Positions 1-10,402 are shown, numbered from the stretch's first letter. The stretch is DNA of 64,000 nucleotides from Candidatus Cloacimonadales bacterium (GCA_963667035.1 OY762964.1:960001-1024000), one strand, 5' to 3'. A program made the numbers and translations. Notes: a model not told the origin generated them from the letters alone.

Positions 1-868
1 TCAACTTTATTTCTTTAAATTGCCTTCTAATGGTATTGCATGTATATTCAACGACTTAACCTTTACTGTGAAAGCAGAAGAGAAGATTGCCTTCTTGAAT
101 AAAGACCTTGAGAAAAGGATTCATGAGAGAACTGCCGAATTGGAATTAGCTAATCAAGAGTTGTATGCATTTGCTTATTCAGTATCGCATGACTTAAAAG
201 CTCCATTAAGAGCAGTTATTGGATTAACGGAAGCAGTGATTGAGGATTACAAGAATGTACTTCCTGAAGCAGGCTTGGATTATCTATCAAGGGCAGCAGA
301 CGAAGGACGTAGAATGTCTTCTCTTATAGAGAATTTGTTGGCAATGTCGAATTTAAACAGAATCGACATGAGTATTGATGTATTCAATATCTCAGAGTTA
401 GTACTAGAGGTGTTTTCAGAAATTGTAGTAGTATTTGGTGAGCATATAGTCTGCTTGGATATCGACCAAAATCTATATGCCAAAGCGGACTATAGTTTAA
501 CTAAGCAATTGCTGGAAAATTTGATTAGTAATGCCATCAAGTTCTCAAGTAAGAACGATAAACCTTATATTAAATTCACAGGAAAGATTGTAAGTGATAA
601 CATTGTTTATAGTATTGAAGATAATGGGGTTGGATTTGACATGAATTATATCCATAAAGTATTTGCTCCATTCCAGAGATTACATAGTAGGTCTCAATTC
701 GAGGGAGATGGAATAGGATTAGCAATTGCTAATCGAATAATATCAAGACACAATGGACGTATCTGGTGTGAGAGTGAATTAGATAAAGGGAGTAAGTTTA
801 GCTTTACTCTGGGTGAATTCAATTTCCTAACGGATAAGGATAGACTAGGTATTGATACTAAGTCATAA
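1..868 (+). CDS. Sensor histidine kinase, C-terminal part (HisKA + HATPase_c); 5'-truncated by the window edge
   Basis: H-box FAYSVSHDLKAPLR, N-box ENLISNAIKF, G boxes DNGVGF and GDGIGLA. The frame is open back to the window start. Confidence 0.9.
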   Translation, partial: QLYFFKLPSNGIACIFNDLTFTVKAEEKIAFLNKDLEKRIHERTAELELANQELYAFAYSVSHDLKAPLRAVIGLTEAVIEDYKNVLPEAGLDYLSRAADEGRRMSSLIENLLAMSNLNRIDMSIDVFNISELVLEVFSEIVVVFGEHIVCLDIDQNLYAKADYSLTKQLLENLISNAIKFSSKNDKPYIKFTGKIVSDNIVYSIEDNGVGFDMNYIHKVFAPFQRLHSRSQFEGDGIGLAIANRIISRHNGRIWCESELDKGSKFSFTLGEFNFLTDKDRLGIDTKS

Positions 869-882
869 CATATAATATAAGA

Positions 883-906
883 AAGCCTCGTTTACAAACG
901 AGGCTT
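883..906. repeat. Left copy of 24-bp target-site duplication (palindromic terminator hairpin AAGCCTCGTTT-AC-AAACGAGGCTT)
   Basis: Identical 24-mer at 883-906 and 2569-2592, each directly abutting an IS terminal inverted repeat. Confidence 0.92.
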
Positions 907-2568
907 CAGACTGTTGACAAAGCTATGAGTAAGATTTCATAGCTTTGTCTTTTTTTAGCTTAAAATAAGAACATCAATCATTGACAAAAACCCCCTTAGT
1001 TTATACTTAAACCATCATAATTAGAGGTGGTTATGCTTAAAAAAGTTTCTGACACACAGTCCCAAATGGAATTTGTAATAATAGATGATCTTGTCCCGGA
1101 AGATCATATTCTACGCAAGATTGACAGGGTAATAGATTTTAGTTTTATTATGGACCGAACTGCTCATTTGTATTGCCCCGACAACGGTCGTCCCCCAGTG
1201 CATCCCATAACTTTCTTCAAAATGCTTTTTATTGGTTATCTATTTGGTATCCGTTCTGAGCGACAACTAATCAGAGAGATTCAGGTCAATGTAGCATATC
1301 GCTGGTTCTTAGGGTATGGGCTTACTGATAAAATACCGAGTCATTCTCTCTTCAGCCAGAATCGTCGCAGACGCTTTACTGATAGCACTGTTTTTGAAGA
1401 GATTTTCATTGATATTGTAAAACTTGGTATCGAGAATGGTTTGGTAGATGGCAAGGTTCTTTATAGCGATTCAACTCATCTGAAAGCTAATGCTAATAAA
1501 GGCAAATATGAATCAATTAAAGTAGAGACCACACCTCAGAGTTATCTTGAAGATCTAAATAAAACAGTGGATGAAAACCGAAAAGCTCACGGTAAGAAGC
1601 CACTCCCACCTAAAGACAATGACTTTAAAGGCGGTTCGTCACCCAAAGTTAAAGAGATTAAGTCTAGTAAAACAGATCCTGACAGTGGTTTCATGACGCG
1701 AGACAAGAAACCACAAGGTTTCTTCTATCTTGATCATAGAACCGTAGATCCTAAAGTAAACTTCATAACAGATGTTCATATTACCGCCGGCAATGTGAAT
1801 GACAGTTCTTGCTATATTGATAGGCTAAAAGTGCAGCAAGAGCGTTTTGGTTTTGATGTCCTGGCAGTAGGTCTTGATGCCGGGTATGATACAGCTAATA
1901 TATGCAAAGAATTAGTAGATATGGGAATCATGGGAGTAATAGGTTATCGTCGACTTGGAGGTAAAAAAGGTCTTTTCAAGAAGCGTGATTTTAAGTTCAT
2001 TTCAGATAGAGACATATACATCTGTCCAGAAGGGAAAGAGCTTAAATATCGAACAACAAACCGTAACGGTTATGATGAATATGCATCCGAGAGTAGCTAT
2101 TGTAAAAACTGTCCAATGCTTAACAAATGCACCGAGAGCAAGAACCATCAAAAAGTTATCATGCGTCATGTATGGGAAGACAGTAGAGAGATTATCCATA
2201 AAAACAGGTTAACCTTTTGTGGCAAAGAGATATACAAAAAACGAAAAGAAACCATTGAGAGAAGCTTTGCAAATGCAAAGCAACTTCATGGTTATCGGTA
2301 TGCGAAATATCGAGGTATAGAACGAGTTCGAGAACAAGCATATATGACATCAGTAGTTCAAAACATAAAGAAACTGGTTAAATACCTTTTCAATGGCATA
2401 TCAGGGAAAGTGGCATCAATGTTATTAGCTTTTTATGTTAATATATGCTCTGGTTTAGACGAATATAGAGCTAAATCTCATTATCCTGATATTGTACTCA
2501 ACTAATCAGAAATAAACTTACAATGTAAAAACCCAGTCATTTTCATAACTGGGTTTGTAAACGGTCTG
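907..2568 (+). mobile_element. Complete IS1182-family insertion sequence (~1.66 kb)
   Basis: Terminal IRs CAGACTGTTGACAAA (907-921) and TTTGTAAACGGTCTG (2554-2568) match 13/15. Subterminal hairpins at both ends, 24-bp direct repeats and one DDE transposase. Confidence 0.92.
1033..2505 (+). CDS. IS1182-family DDE transposase
   Basis: DUF772-like N-terminus (LVPEDHILRKID, GRPPVHP, GIRSERQL, AYRWFLG), DSTHLKANA, LDAGY, Cys-rich insert, RKETIERSFA. RBS GAGGTGG precedes ATG 1033. Confidence 0.93.
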   Translation: MLKKVSDTQSQMEFVIIDDLVPEDHILRKIDRVIDFSFIMDRTAHLYCPDNGRPPVHPITFFKMLFIGYLFGIRSERQLIREIQVNVAYRWFLGYGLTDKIPSHSLFSQNRRRRFTDSTVFEEIFIDIVKLGIENGLVDGKVLYSDSTHLKANANKGKYESIKVETTPQSYLEDLNKTVDENRKAHGKKPLPPKDNDFKGGSSPKVKEIKSSKTDPDSGFMTRDKKPQGFFYLDHRTVDPKVNFITDVHITAGNVNDSSCYIDRLKVQQERFGFDVLAVGLDAGYDTANICKELVDMGIMGVIGYRRLGGKKGLFKKRDFKFISDRDIYICPEGKELKYRTTNRNGYDEYASESSYCKNCPMLNKCTESKNHQKVIMRHVWEDSREIIHKNRLTFCGKEIYKKRKETIERSFANAKQLHGYRYAKYRGIERVREQAYMTSVVQNIKKLVKYLFNGISGKVASMLLAFYVNICSGLDEYRAKSHYPDIVLN

Positions 2569-2592
2569 AAGCCTCGTTTACAAACGAGGCTT
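2569..2592. terminator. Right copy of target duplication; probable original bidirectional terminator between the kinase and hppA
   Basis: 11-bp perfect stem lying between convergent genes. Confidence 0.75.
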
Positions 2593-2617
2593 ATCAATAT
2601 CTATAATGCTTATTAAT

Positions 2618-5083
2618 CTAATGTTTTCCACTACTACATGATTCATCACAACCACCCTTAGCTTTGCAATCATCGCACATTTCTCCGGTAGTCTCTAATG
2701 TACAAGTATGGTTATGCTGATGGTCAAGCTCTTGTTCATTATGGTGTTGTAACTGTCCTTCAAAACATTCTGAATCACAACCGCCTTTAGCCTTACAGTC
2801 GTCACACATCTCGCCTGTAGTTAAAATAGTACACTCTTTCTCAAGATTATGAGAACTTAGCCAATCACTTGATACCGAGTAGTTATCATTAACCGGTGAG
2901 TAAGTTGATTCAATTATAGGTGAATATGCTACAATAAGCCCTGCGAAGACAATGCTTACCATACTCATAAGCTTTATAAGAATGTTAATTGAAGGTCCTG
3001 CTGTATCTTTAAACGGATCTCCAACAGTATCACCAACAACTGTAGCTTTGTGAACATCAGAACCTTTACCACCAAAATTACCTGCTTCAACAAATTTCTT
3101 GGCGTTATCCCAAGCTCCACCCGAATTGTTCATCATAATAGCAAGAACAAGACCACTGGAGAGAGAACCAGCTAAGAGTCCTAGTACACCTGAAACTCCA
3201 AGAATCAAACCAAGAATGATAGGAGTTATGATACCAATCATAGCAGGTAACAGCATTTCCCTCTGAGCACTCTTTGTCGAAATCATTACACAACGCTTAT
3301 AATCAGGAGTTGCTTTACCTTCTAAAATACCTTTTATCTCTTTAAACTGTCTTCTTACTTCTGCAACCATATCACCTGCTGCATTTCCAACAGCCTTCAT
3401 AGTATAAGCTGAGAATAGATAGGCAGTCATAGCACCAATAAAGATACCGATAAGGAATTTGGGATTCATTAGATTCACATCATAATGATTAATAAAATTC
3501 TCAACGGAAGCCATGGCAATTGGAACACCGTCAATAGCTTGGCGTCCTAGATGTACGAATCCTGCTCTAACTTCTTCAAGATAAGCAGCTAACAGAGCCA
3601 TAGCAGTAAGAGCTGCTGAACCAATAGCAAAACCCTTACCGGTAGCAGCTGTTGTATTACCAACTGAGTCAAGAGCATCAGTTTTCTTTCTAACATCCTT
3701 AGGAAGATGACACATTTCTGCATTACCACCGGCATTATCTGCGATTGGGCCAAATGCGTCCATAGCTAGAGTCACACCTAATGTTGCCAGCATACCAACA
3801 GCACCGAATCCTATTCCGTAAAGTCCGCTTTCGATACTATTCCATCCACCGCTAACACTAAATGCTATGAGGATTGCAATACCGATTATTACCACTGGAG
3901 CAAATGTGGATTTCATACCTACAGCAAGACCGTCTATTATGACTGTTGCAGGACCATACTGACCTTGTTTGGAAATACCCTGAGTGGGCTTATAACTATC
4001 AGAAGTAAATCTTTCTGTGAAATACCCAATCAGAATTCCGGCTAATAAACCGACAACTGAGGATATAAATACACCCAAGGCAATCTCTTTAGGTAACATT
4101 TGTTTTGTTACTATGTAAGAAGCAATGGCAATTAAAACTGAGCTTCCATAAACACTTTTATTAAGTGCAAACATAAGCTCTTTAGTACCGGCAGATTCTT
4201 TAGATGAAACTAAAAAGATACCGAGAATAGATAAGAAAGCTCCGATACCTGCAAGAACCATGGGAGCTGTAACAAACTTAACAGCATAAGCAGCCCACTC
4301 TGAGTTCTGAGTTACTGCAGCCATACCTAGAGCTGCAGTAGCAAGAATTGATCCTGCATAAGATTCATATAAATCTGCACCCATACCTGCAACATCACCA
4401 ACATTGTCTCCAACATTATCAGCTATTGTTGCCGGATTACGAGGATCATCTTCAGGAATACCGGCTTCAACTTTTCCTACAAGATCGGCTCCAACATCAG
4501 CCGCTTTAGTAAATATACCGCCACCTAATCGTGCAAAGAGTGCTTGAGTGGATGCACCCATTCCGAAACTAAGCATAATAACTGTAATAGTGGCGAGATC
4601 TACTTTGAAAAGGTTCAATATATAGAACCATAATGAAATATCGATTAAGGCAAGACCAACAACTACAAGTCCCATTACACTACCGGCTCTGAAAGCAACT
4701 TTCAAACCTTGGTTCAAACTTTTAGTACAAGCCTGAGCGGTTCTATTTGATGCCATTGTGGCTGTGTTCATTCCGATAAAACCTGCTAATCCCGAGAAGA
4801 AACCACCTGTAAGGAAAGCAACAGGCACAAGAGGGTGCAACACATGTAACACATGTGCCATAATGTTGAAAATAACAAATGCAATGATAAAGAAGATAGT
4901 AACACCTTTATATTGCTGTTTCAAATAAGCAAATGCACCTTCTCTAACGTGTGAGGCAATAGTTTGCATCTCTTTAGTTCCTGGATCACTGCTCTTTACT
5001 TGCTTGAAGAAAATCCAAGCAAAGATTAAAGAGATAATTGCTCCTGCCGGGGCAACAAACCAAATAGCAGGAATTGTTGACAT
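2618..5083 (-). CDS. hppA: Membrane-bound ion-translocating pyrophosphatase, K+-dependent, probably Na+ or Na+/H+ type, with Cys/His-rich C-terminal extension
   Basis: [30 protein letters not shown] motifs. GNTTAA marks K+ dependence; ADLYESY carries the gate Glu. RBS AAGGAG precedes ATG 5083. Confidence 0.95.
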   Translation of the reverse strand: MSTIPAIWFVAPAGAIISLIFAWIFFKQVKSSDPGTKEMQTIASHVREGAFAYLKQQYKGVTIFFIIAFVIFNIMAHVLHVLHPLVPVAFLTGGFFSGLAGFIGMNTATMASNRTAQACTKSLNQGLKVAFRAGSVMGLVVVGLALIDISLWFYILNLFKVDLATITVIMLSFGMGASTQALFARLGGGIFTKAADVGADLVGKVEAGIPEDDPRNPATIADNVGDNVGDVAGMGADLYESYAGSILATAALGMAAVTQNSEWAAYAVKFVTAPMVLAGIGAFLSILGIFLVSSKESAGTKELMFALNKSVYGSSVLIAIASYIVTKQMLPKEIALGVFISSVVGLLAGILIGYFTERFTSDSYKPTQGISKQGQYGPATVIIDGLAVGMKSTFAPVVIIGIAILIAFSVSGGWNSIESGLYGIGFGAVGMLATLGVTLAMDAFGPIADNAGGNAEMCHLPKDVRKKTDALDSVGNTTAATGKGFAIGSAALTAMALLAAYLEEVRAGFVHLGRQAIDGVPIAMASVENFINHYDVNLMNPKFLIGIFIGAMTAYLFSAYTMKAVGNAAGDMVAEVRRQFKEIKGILEGKATPDYKRCVMISTKSAQREMLLPAMIGIITPIILGLILGVSGVLGLLAGSLSSGLVLAIMMNNSGGAWDNAKKFVEAGNFGGKGSDVHKATVVGDTVGDPFKDTAGPSINILIKLMSMVSIVFAGLIVAYSPIIESTYSPVNDNYSVSSDWLSSHNLEKECTILTTGEMCDDCKAKGGCDSECFEGQLQHHNEQELDHQHNHTCTLETTGEMCDDCKAKGGCDESCSSGKH

Positions 5084-5186
5084 ATCCACTCCTTTTGACT
5101 AAATTTAGTTTATAAAATAGAACAAGTCCATTTTGTAAAGTTTATAATCATTGTTATGTGTTTTAAAACATAGAGTTAACAGAAAA

Positions 5187-5209
5187 AAAGACCGGAATAA
5201 CCGGTCTTT
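5187..5209 (-). terminator. Rho-independent terminator of the PEP carboxykinase gene
   Basis: AAAGACCGG-aataa-CCGGTCTTT stem with an A-run upstream on + (U-tract on -). Confidence 0.7.
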
Positions 5210-5223
5210 GGTTTTATATAAAT

Positions 5224-6954
5224 TTATCTGTGAATGTTAAGAGAGGTTAAAAGCTTTAATAATAAAGCCGGTTTCTCTCTAAGATCAGAAGAATCGAGGA
5301 ATTCTCTTCTCTGTTTGAAACGCTCTTCTACGTGATTAAGATAATCAGTATAATGCTCTCTTTTGTATGGATTATATCTGTCGTAATATCCGGGTAACAA
5401 TTTATCTATAGATTCTTTACTCGGAATCATTGCTCCCGGAAGAGTTTCCCATGCTTCCCACTCAATAGTGTCCATAAGGATGCCGGTTTGAAGAGTAAGA
5501 GAAGCTTGTAATGGAATAGCTTCAAGTTTAGAATCAGATGATTTCCAGTAACCTCTTGAGTTAAAGCAGTATACTGCGGCACCGCTTTCGATGAGGGAGA
5601 GGAAAGCTTCAACGTCTTTGTAAAGCTCATAAACCCTAAATGGATTGGCAAAAGGCTCGAAAACAAGTTTGTTTAGTTCTTCTTCTTTAACGTTTTCAGC
5701 TCTGTTACGCATTGTAGCCAGAGCAGCACCCATAGCTACTGCAAGATATTTATCAGTGAACTTGATAACAGGAGGTAAGATTGCATCCTTCATAAGCCAG
5801 CACAAAGCTTTTGGGAATGAGCATCTGTTAACCCAAGCCCCCAACAAATCTCTATCAAGGAGGGCTCTTCCGTTACCGTTTCTCAAATCTAAACCTACAG
5901 GGATGTTCTTCCCTCCGATGTTAATCTGAGAGTGATTCATCAATGATAATACATACTTCCAATCCGGATGATTAGGTTCTCTACTATCGGTTTTATCGAA
6001 TAACGAAGGCTCCCAAACACGACAAATTCTTTCCATAGGATCTATCTGGAAGGCATCATCGTGTAGAACAACTTTTGATACGCCTTCCGGAAGGGTTTTC
6101 CCGTTATCAATACTGTTTGTGTGAGATGATTTACCTGTACCTGATAAACCATAGAAAGCTATTGAACGCTTTCCTAATGCTTTATGTTCAGGATTTTCAC
6201 AGTTAATGAAATCCATCTCTTTAATACCTCCGTGACAAGCAGCCATACCAAGACGCATTCCGGAAGTCCAAGCAAGAGTAAGAGTTCCCTTTTTTCTTTC
6301 TCCGAAGTATCTCATACCGAAATTAAAGATAACGTTCTGTTTCTCATCAACTAGAGCAAGCTGAGGAGCTCCTACATTGTGGTAGAAGTTATCTTCGATT
6401 GTCCATTCATTAAAAGCAACTATAATTATGTCCTGAATTGGGAGAGGTTTACTATGCTTATACTCCTCCTCAAGCTGTTCAAAAGGAGTGAAGTTACTCA
6501 ACCAATTGAAAACATTCATAGCATCAGATTCGGTTGTAATGTAGGTTGCTTTAATCATTAAATCTTTATCTCTACCTAAAACGGCTTCAGCTTTTATCAA
6601 TTTCTGATGTTGCAGTTGCCATAAAGCTTCCCTGATATCTTTACAAACCTTAAGTTGGTCTCTTTCTTCCAGTCGATTATAAAATCTTCTGGCCTTTGCA
6701 GTCCTACCGATTATCTGCCCATGACAATCATTTAGTACTTTTGCACCCTTAGGTAATCCCATCTTCTCAACAAAAGGAGGGTAAATCTCTAAATCAGTTT
6801 CAGATACACCCGGTTGAGTTCTTCCCATTTCATAAGCTTCGGCGATTGTTACTTTACGAACATTAGAATTATTTAGTAAGGTCTCAGCCATTGCTCTAAT
6901 GGGTGAAACATCCTTTAAATTCTTGTAATATTCGGATGTGGAACGACTTGCCAT
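5224..6954 (-). CDS. Phosphoenolpyruvate carboxykinase (ATP), divergent anaerobe-type
   Basis: YFGERKKG, P-loop GLSGTGKS, LHDD metal motif, FDKT, PFANPFR. Confidence 0.8.
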   Translation of the reverse strand: MASRSTSEYYKNLKDVSPIRAMAETLLNNSNVRKVTIAEAYEMGRTQPGVSETDLEIYPPFVEKMGLPKGAKVLNDCHGQIIGRTAKARRFYNRLEERDQLKVCKDIREALWQLQHQKLIKAEAVLGRDKDLMIKATYITTESDAMNVFNWLSNFTPFEQLEEEYKHSKPLPIQDIIIVAFNEWTIEDNFYHNVGAPQLALVDEKQNVIFNFGMRYFGERKKGTLTLAWTSGMRLGMAACHGGIKEMDFINCENPEHKALGKRSIAFYGLSGTGKSSHTNSIDNGKTLPEGVSKVVLHDDAFQIDPMERICRVWEPSLFDKTDSREPNHPDWKYVLSLMNHSQINIGGKNIPVGLDLRNGNGRALLDRDLLGAWVNRCSFPKALCWLMKDAILPPVIKFTDKYLAVAMGAALATMRNRAENVKEEELNKLVFEPFANPFRVYELYKDVEAFLSLIESGAAVYCFNSRGYWKSSDSKLEAIPLQASLTLQTGILMDTIEWEAWETLPGAMIPSKESIDKLLPGYYDRYNPYKREHYTDYLNHVEERFKQRREFLDSSDLREKPALLLKLLTSLNIHR

Positions 6955-7187
6955 TATTCCTCCTGCTTTAATGTTTTACATCTATTTTATCACAAAAAAC
7001 TCTGTCTCAAAAAAGAGATTTAGAACTTAAGAAGTCACAAACGCTTGTCAATGATAATCTTCTATTTTCTAACAATTTCTTAACCCGTAAATGGAATTAT
7101 TGCCAAGTGTTTATTGTTTGAATGTATAGTGCAACCATATATAAAACAATGAGATAAACTTCATTAGTTATAAATGTATATATGTAA

Positions 7188-7221
7188 AAACTGCTATCGG
7201 AAATTTATCCGATAGCAGTTT
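7188..7221 (-). terminator. Terminator of the purF-rfaE1-rfaE2 operon
   Basis: 14-bp stem AAACTGCTATCGGA / TCCGATAGCAGTTT. Confidence 0.75.
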
Positions 7222-7240
7222 ATTAAATTTTAATTTTAAC

Positions 7241-7717
7241 TTATTGCTTAATTCTTTCAATTATCCCGGTTGATGAATAACCTGTTTCAAAACGAAGACT
7301 TTTAACTTCTCCGCCATTCGCCAGAACTATATCAGAGCCAACAATTTGTTCAGGTTTCCAGTCTCCTCCTTTAACGAGGATGTCAGGCATAACTTCCTTG
7401 ATTAAATTGTAAGGAGTATCTTCTTCGAAGATTACCACATAATCAACAAATGCTAAAGCCGCTAATAAAAAGGCTCTATCTTCTTGTTTGTTAATCGGTC
7501 GTTCCTCACCTTTCAAGCGTTTAACTGAAGAATCGCTATTTAGTCCAATAACTAGAATGTCGCCTTGCTCATAGGCTTGATTTAAATAGGCAATATGACC
7601 TCTATGCAAAATATCGAAGCAACCGTTAGTAAACACTATACGCTTATTATTTAATCTTACACTTTTAATAGATTCAGCTATCTTATTAAAAGGGATTATT
7701 TTAGAATTAATGTTCAT
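7241..7717 (-). CDS. rfaE2: D-glycero-beta-D-manno-heptose 1-phosphate adenylyltransferase
   Basis: VFTNGCFDILHRGH, GLNSDSSV, LVKGGDW, SST. The likely start ATG 7717 overlaps the rfaE1 stop. Confidence 0.93.
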   Translation of the reverse strand: MNINSKIIPFNKIAESIKSVRLNNKRIVFTNGCFDILHRGHIAYLNQAYEQGDILVIGLNSDSSVKRLKGEERPINKQEDRAFLLAALAFVDYVVIFEEDTPYNLIKEVMPDILVKGGDWKPEQIVGSDIVLANGGEVKSLRFETGYSSTGIIERIKQ

Positions 7718-8684
7718 ATCGTTTAATGTAATCCAAAATCTCGGATGGTTGGGTAGTTGAAGTACCAATTTTACCGCAAACTACTCCTGCCGCATAGTTA
7801 GCAATTTCAGCAGCAGTTTCTATTGACGCTCCGGCAGCTAAAGCCAAAGTTAGAGTACTTATTACAGTATCACCTGCTCCCGAAACATCAAAAACATCTC
7901 TTGCATAAGATGGAATAGAGTGAGTCTCTCCATTGGATTTAAAGACGGTAAGTCCTTTTTCTCCTCTAGTAACCATTACGCTATTAGCATTAAGCTGGTT
8001 ACGTAATTCTTCACCTGCTTTTAAGAACTCTTCTTCTGTATCTTCCGTTAGATTCATGTTGTTCATAAGCTCTATCAGATTAGGTTTGAAGATGGTTACG
8101 TTCCTATATAGGAAAAAGTTTTTGTATTTCGGATCTACAGTTACAGGTTTATTATGTTTATCGGCAATATTCAGGATTGTCTCAATAACTCTCTGAGTTA
8201 AAAGACCTTTATTATAATCTTCAATAATCACAGCGTCGCAATTGTCTATACTCTTCTCGAATTTTGATATAATTTTGTCTTCAATCTCTGTTTGAATATC
8301 AGCTCTATCCTCACGGTCAATTCTTACAATCTGCTGTTGACCTGCAACGATTCTTGTTTTTAGAGTTGTCATTCTGGATGCATCAGTTACAACATTCTCG
8401 AATGAGATATCCTCTGATTCCAGGAGGTTAGACAGAATGTTCCTACTTTCATCGTCACCACAGACTCCGATTATGATTGGGTTTGCTCCCATTGTTTTTA
8501 TGTTTAAGGCAACATTGGCTGCACCGCCAAGTCTATAATCTTCCTTTTTCATATCAAGTAATGGAACAGGTGCTTCAGGTGAAATTCTGTTAACTTTACC
8601 ATGAATATAATGATCTACCATTATATCACCGATAACAATAATAGTTTTACCGAACATTGAGTTAAGAGTACTTTCCAATTTCAT
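7707..8684 (-). CDS. rfaE1: D-glycero-beta-D-manno-heptose-7-phosphate kinase (PfkB family)
   Basis: RISPEAPVP, GGAANVA, DVSGAGDT. Confidence 0.93.
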   Translation of the reverse strand: MKLESTLNSMFGKTIIVIGDIMVDHYIHGKVNRISPEAPVPLLDMKKEDYRLGGAANVALNIKTMGANPIIIGVCGDDESRNILSNLLESEDISFENVVTDASRMTTLKTRIVAGQQQIVRIDREDRADIQTEIEDKIISKFEKSIDNCDAVIIEDYNKGLLTQRVIETILNIADKHNKPVTVDPKYKNFFLYRNVTIFKPNLIELMNNMNLTEDTEEEFLKAGEELRNQLNANSVMVTRGEKGLTVFKSNGETHSIPSYARDVFDVSGAGDTVISTLTLALAAGASIETAAEIANYAAGVVCGKIGTSTTQPSEILDYIKRYEH

Positions 8685-8685
8685 A

Positions 8686-10059
8686 TTAATCCTCTATTGG
8701 AACAGGATAATCACCATTAAAACAAGCATAGCAATATGCCTCAGGTTCGGACACACATTGTCTTAAATCATCTATCGGTATGTGTTTAAGGCTATCAGCT
8801 CCACAGTGCTGTCTTATCTCTTCCAAGCTTTTTCTGTTAGCAATCAATTCTTCGCTGGTTGGTGTATCAATTCCGTAGAAACATGAATTTTTAACTTGAG
8901 GAGAACCTATTCTCAAGTGAATTTCTTTAGCTCCGGCTCTTCTAAGCATAGTAACGATCTTTCGAATAGTTGTACCTCGTACTATGGAATCGTCAACCAG
9001 GACTACCTTTTTGTCCTTGAAGTAGTTAGGTAATGTATTAAACTTTTGGCTCACACTCTCGTCTCTAATTGTTTGTTCGGGTTTGATGAAAGTTCTACCT
9101 ACATAATGGTTACGAATCAATCCGAAGTTAAATTCGATGCCTTTGGCTTTTGCATATCCGGTAGCCATGAAGTTTGATGAATCAGGTACAGGGACAACAC
9201 AATCAGGTTGCATATCATTATCGGCTTCCGCCATTTTAGCACCGATTCTTTCTCGTATTTCATACACATCTTCATTGAAATGATGACTATCGGGACGAGA
9301 AAAATAGATATGCTCAAAAATACAGTGTTTATCATTATTGCTTTTACGATAATCCTGAGGATTATTTTCAAAGACTTCAATTCCGTTAAAGTCTACTTTT
9401 ATAATTCCACCGGCTTTCATTTCCTGTCTGTTATTAACACAGAGAATATCCAGAGCACAACTTTCAGAGGCTACAACATAAGTACCGTCTTCACGTTGTC
9501 CCCAAACCATAGGTCTTATAGCATGCGGATCACGGAACATATACATGGAGTTATTAGTAGCAAGTACAGTAGAATAAGCTCCTTGAACATTTGCCATGAA
9601 CTTACGGATTGCGTCCGGAATGCTCAGATTCTCTTTTTTTACGGAATAGATTATATACTTTAAGATGAGTTCACCGTCATTCTCACTGTTGAAATAAACT
9701 CCTTTGTCCTCAAGTTCACGTCTAATGGAACGGTAATTAGTAATATCTCCGTTACTTGCCAGCGAGTATCCCGGACCTGAAAGAGTTGCAACTATATGAG
9801 GTTGTGAGTTATAAGCAGTCGCTGACCCTTTAGTCGGGTATCTTACATGCCCTACTGCTATTTTACCGGGTAAATCAGCTAATACTTCAGGTGGAAAGAC
9901 CTGCTTAACAAGTCCCATCATCTTTCTGAGTTTAAATCCTTTTCCGTCAGTTACTGCCATACCGCAACTTTCTTGTCCACGGTGTTGTTCTGCAAACATT
10001 CCTAGAGCTGCCAGTTCGGCCGCTCTGTCATGATTAAAAATGCCGAGTATTCCGCACAT
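8686..10059 (-). CDS. purF: Amidophosphoribosyltransferase
   Basis: N-terminal CGI nucleophile, QHRGQES, PRPP motif VDDSIVRGTT, Fe-S Cys (YCYAC). Confidence 0.96.
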   Translation of the reverse strand: MCGILGIFNHDRAAELAALGMFAEQHRGQESCGMAVTDGKGFKLRKMMGLVKQVFPPEVLADLPGKIAVGHVRYPTKGSATAYNSQPHIVATLSGPGYSLASNGDITNYRSIRRELEDKGVYFNSENDGELILKYIIYSVKKENLSIPDAIRKFMANVQGAYSTVLATNNSMYMFRDPHAIRPMVWGQREDGTYVVASESCALDILCVNNRQEMKAGGIIKVDFNGIEVFENNPQDYRKSNNDKHCIFEHIYFSRPDSHHFNEDVYEIRERIGAKMAEADNDMQPDCVVPVPDSSNFMATGYAKAKGIEFNFGLIRNHYVGRTFIKPEQTIRDESVSQKFNTLPNYFKDKKVVLVDDSIVRGTTIRKIVTMLRRAGAKEIHLRIGSPQVKNSCFYGIDTPTSEELIANRKSLEEIRQHCGADSLKHIPIDDLRQCVSEPEAYCYACFNGDYPVPIED

Positions 10060-10277
10060 CCTTATCAGTCTCCCATCTATTTTTTTTATTATTTTATGCT
10101 CTTAAGGGAAAAAACAACATATCTGAGTCATAGTTTATGTCAATTTGATTTTGTAAAAGTTCCCATATAACACTATCCATCTCTCTTTCATTAATTCATT
10201 CATTCTTCATGAGTGTTAACTATCTCATTCCATTCTTTCTAGTATACCGACAACTACTTATTTCTCTGGTATTTTTA

Positions 10278-10363
10278 TCTTGTTTCTCTCTCGTTTTTAT
10301 CCCGTTGCGAGCAACGGGAGACCAACGGGAGAGCAACGGGAGACTAACCCGAGAGAAACCCGT
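10278..10363. repeat. 11-bp-periodic palindromic intergenic array A (core CAACGGGA)
   Basis: Reverse units at 10278, 10289, 10300; forward units at 10312, 10323, 10334, 10345, 10356. Confidence 0.8.
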
Positions 10364-10402
10364 GGTTGGTGGACGAGTAAAAGGACCCCGGAAGGAACCA
10401 AT

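Noticed and set aside
5151..5168. Rex-like site upstream of hppA (TTGTTATGTGTTTTAAAA)
   Set aside because: Only about 11/14 match in very AT-rich DNA; not distinguishable from chance.
10381..10402. CCGGAAGGAA resembling SRP RNA helix 8
   Set aside because: Lacks the flanking CAGG/AGCAG internal-loop motif and a long enclosing stem.
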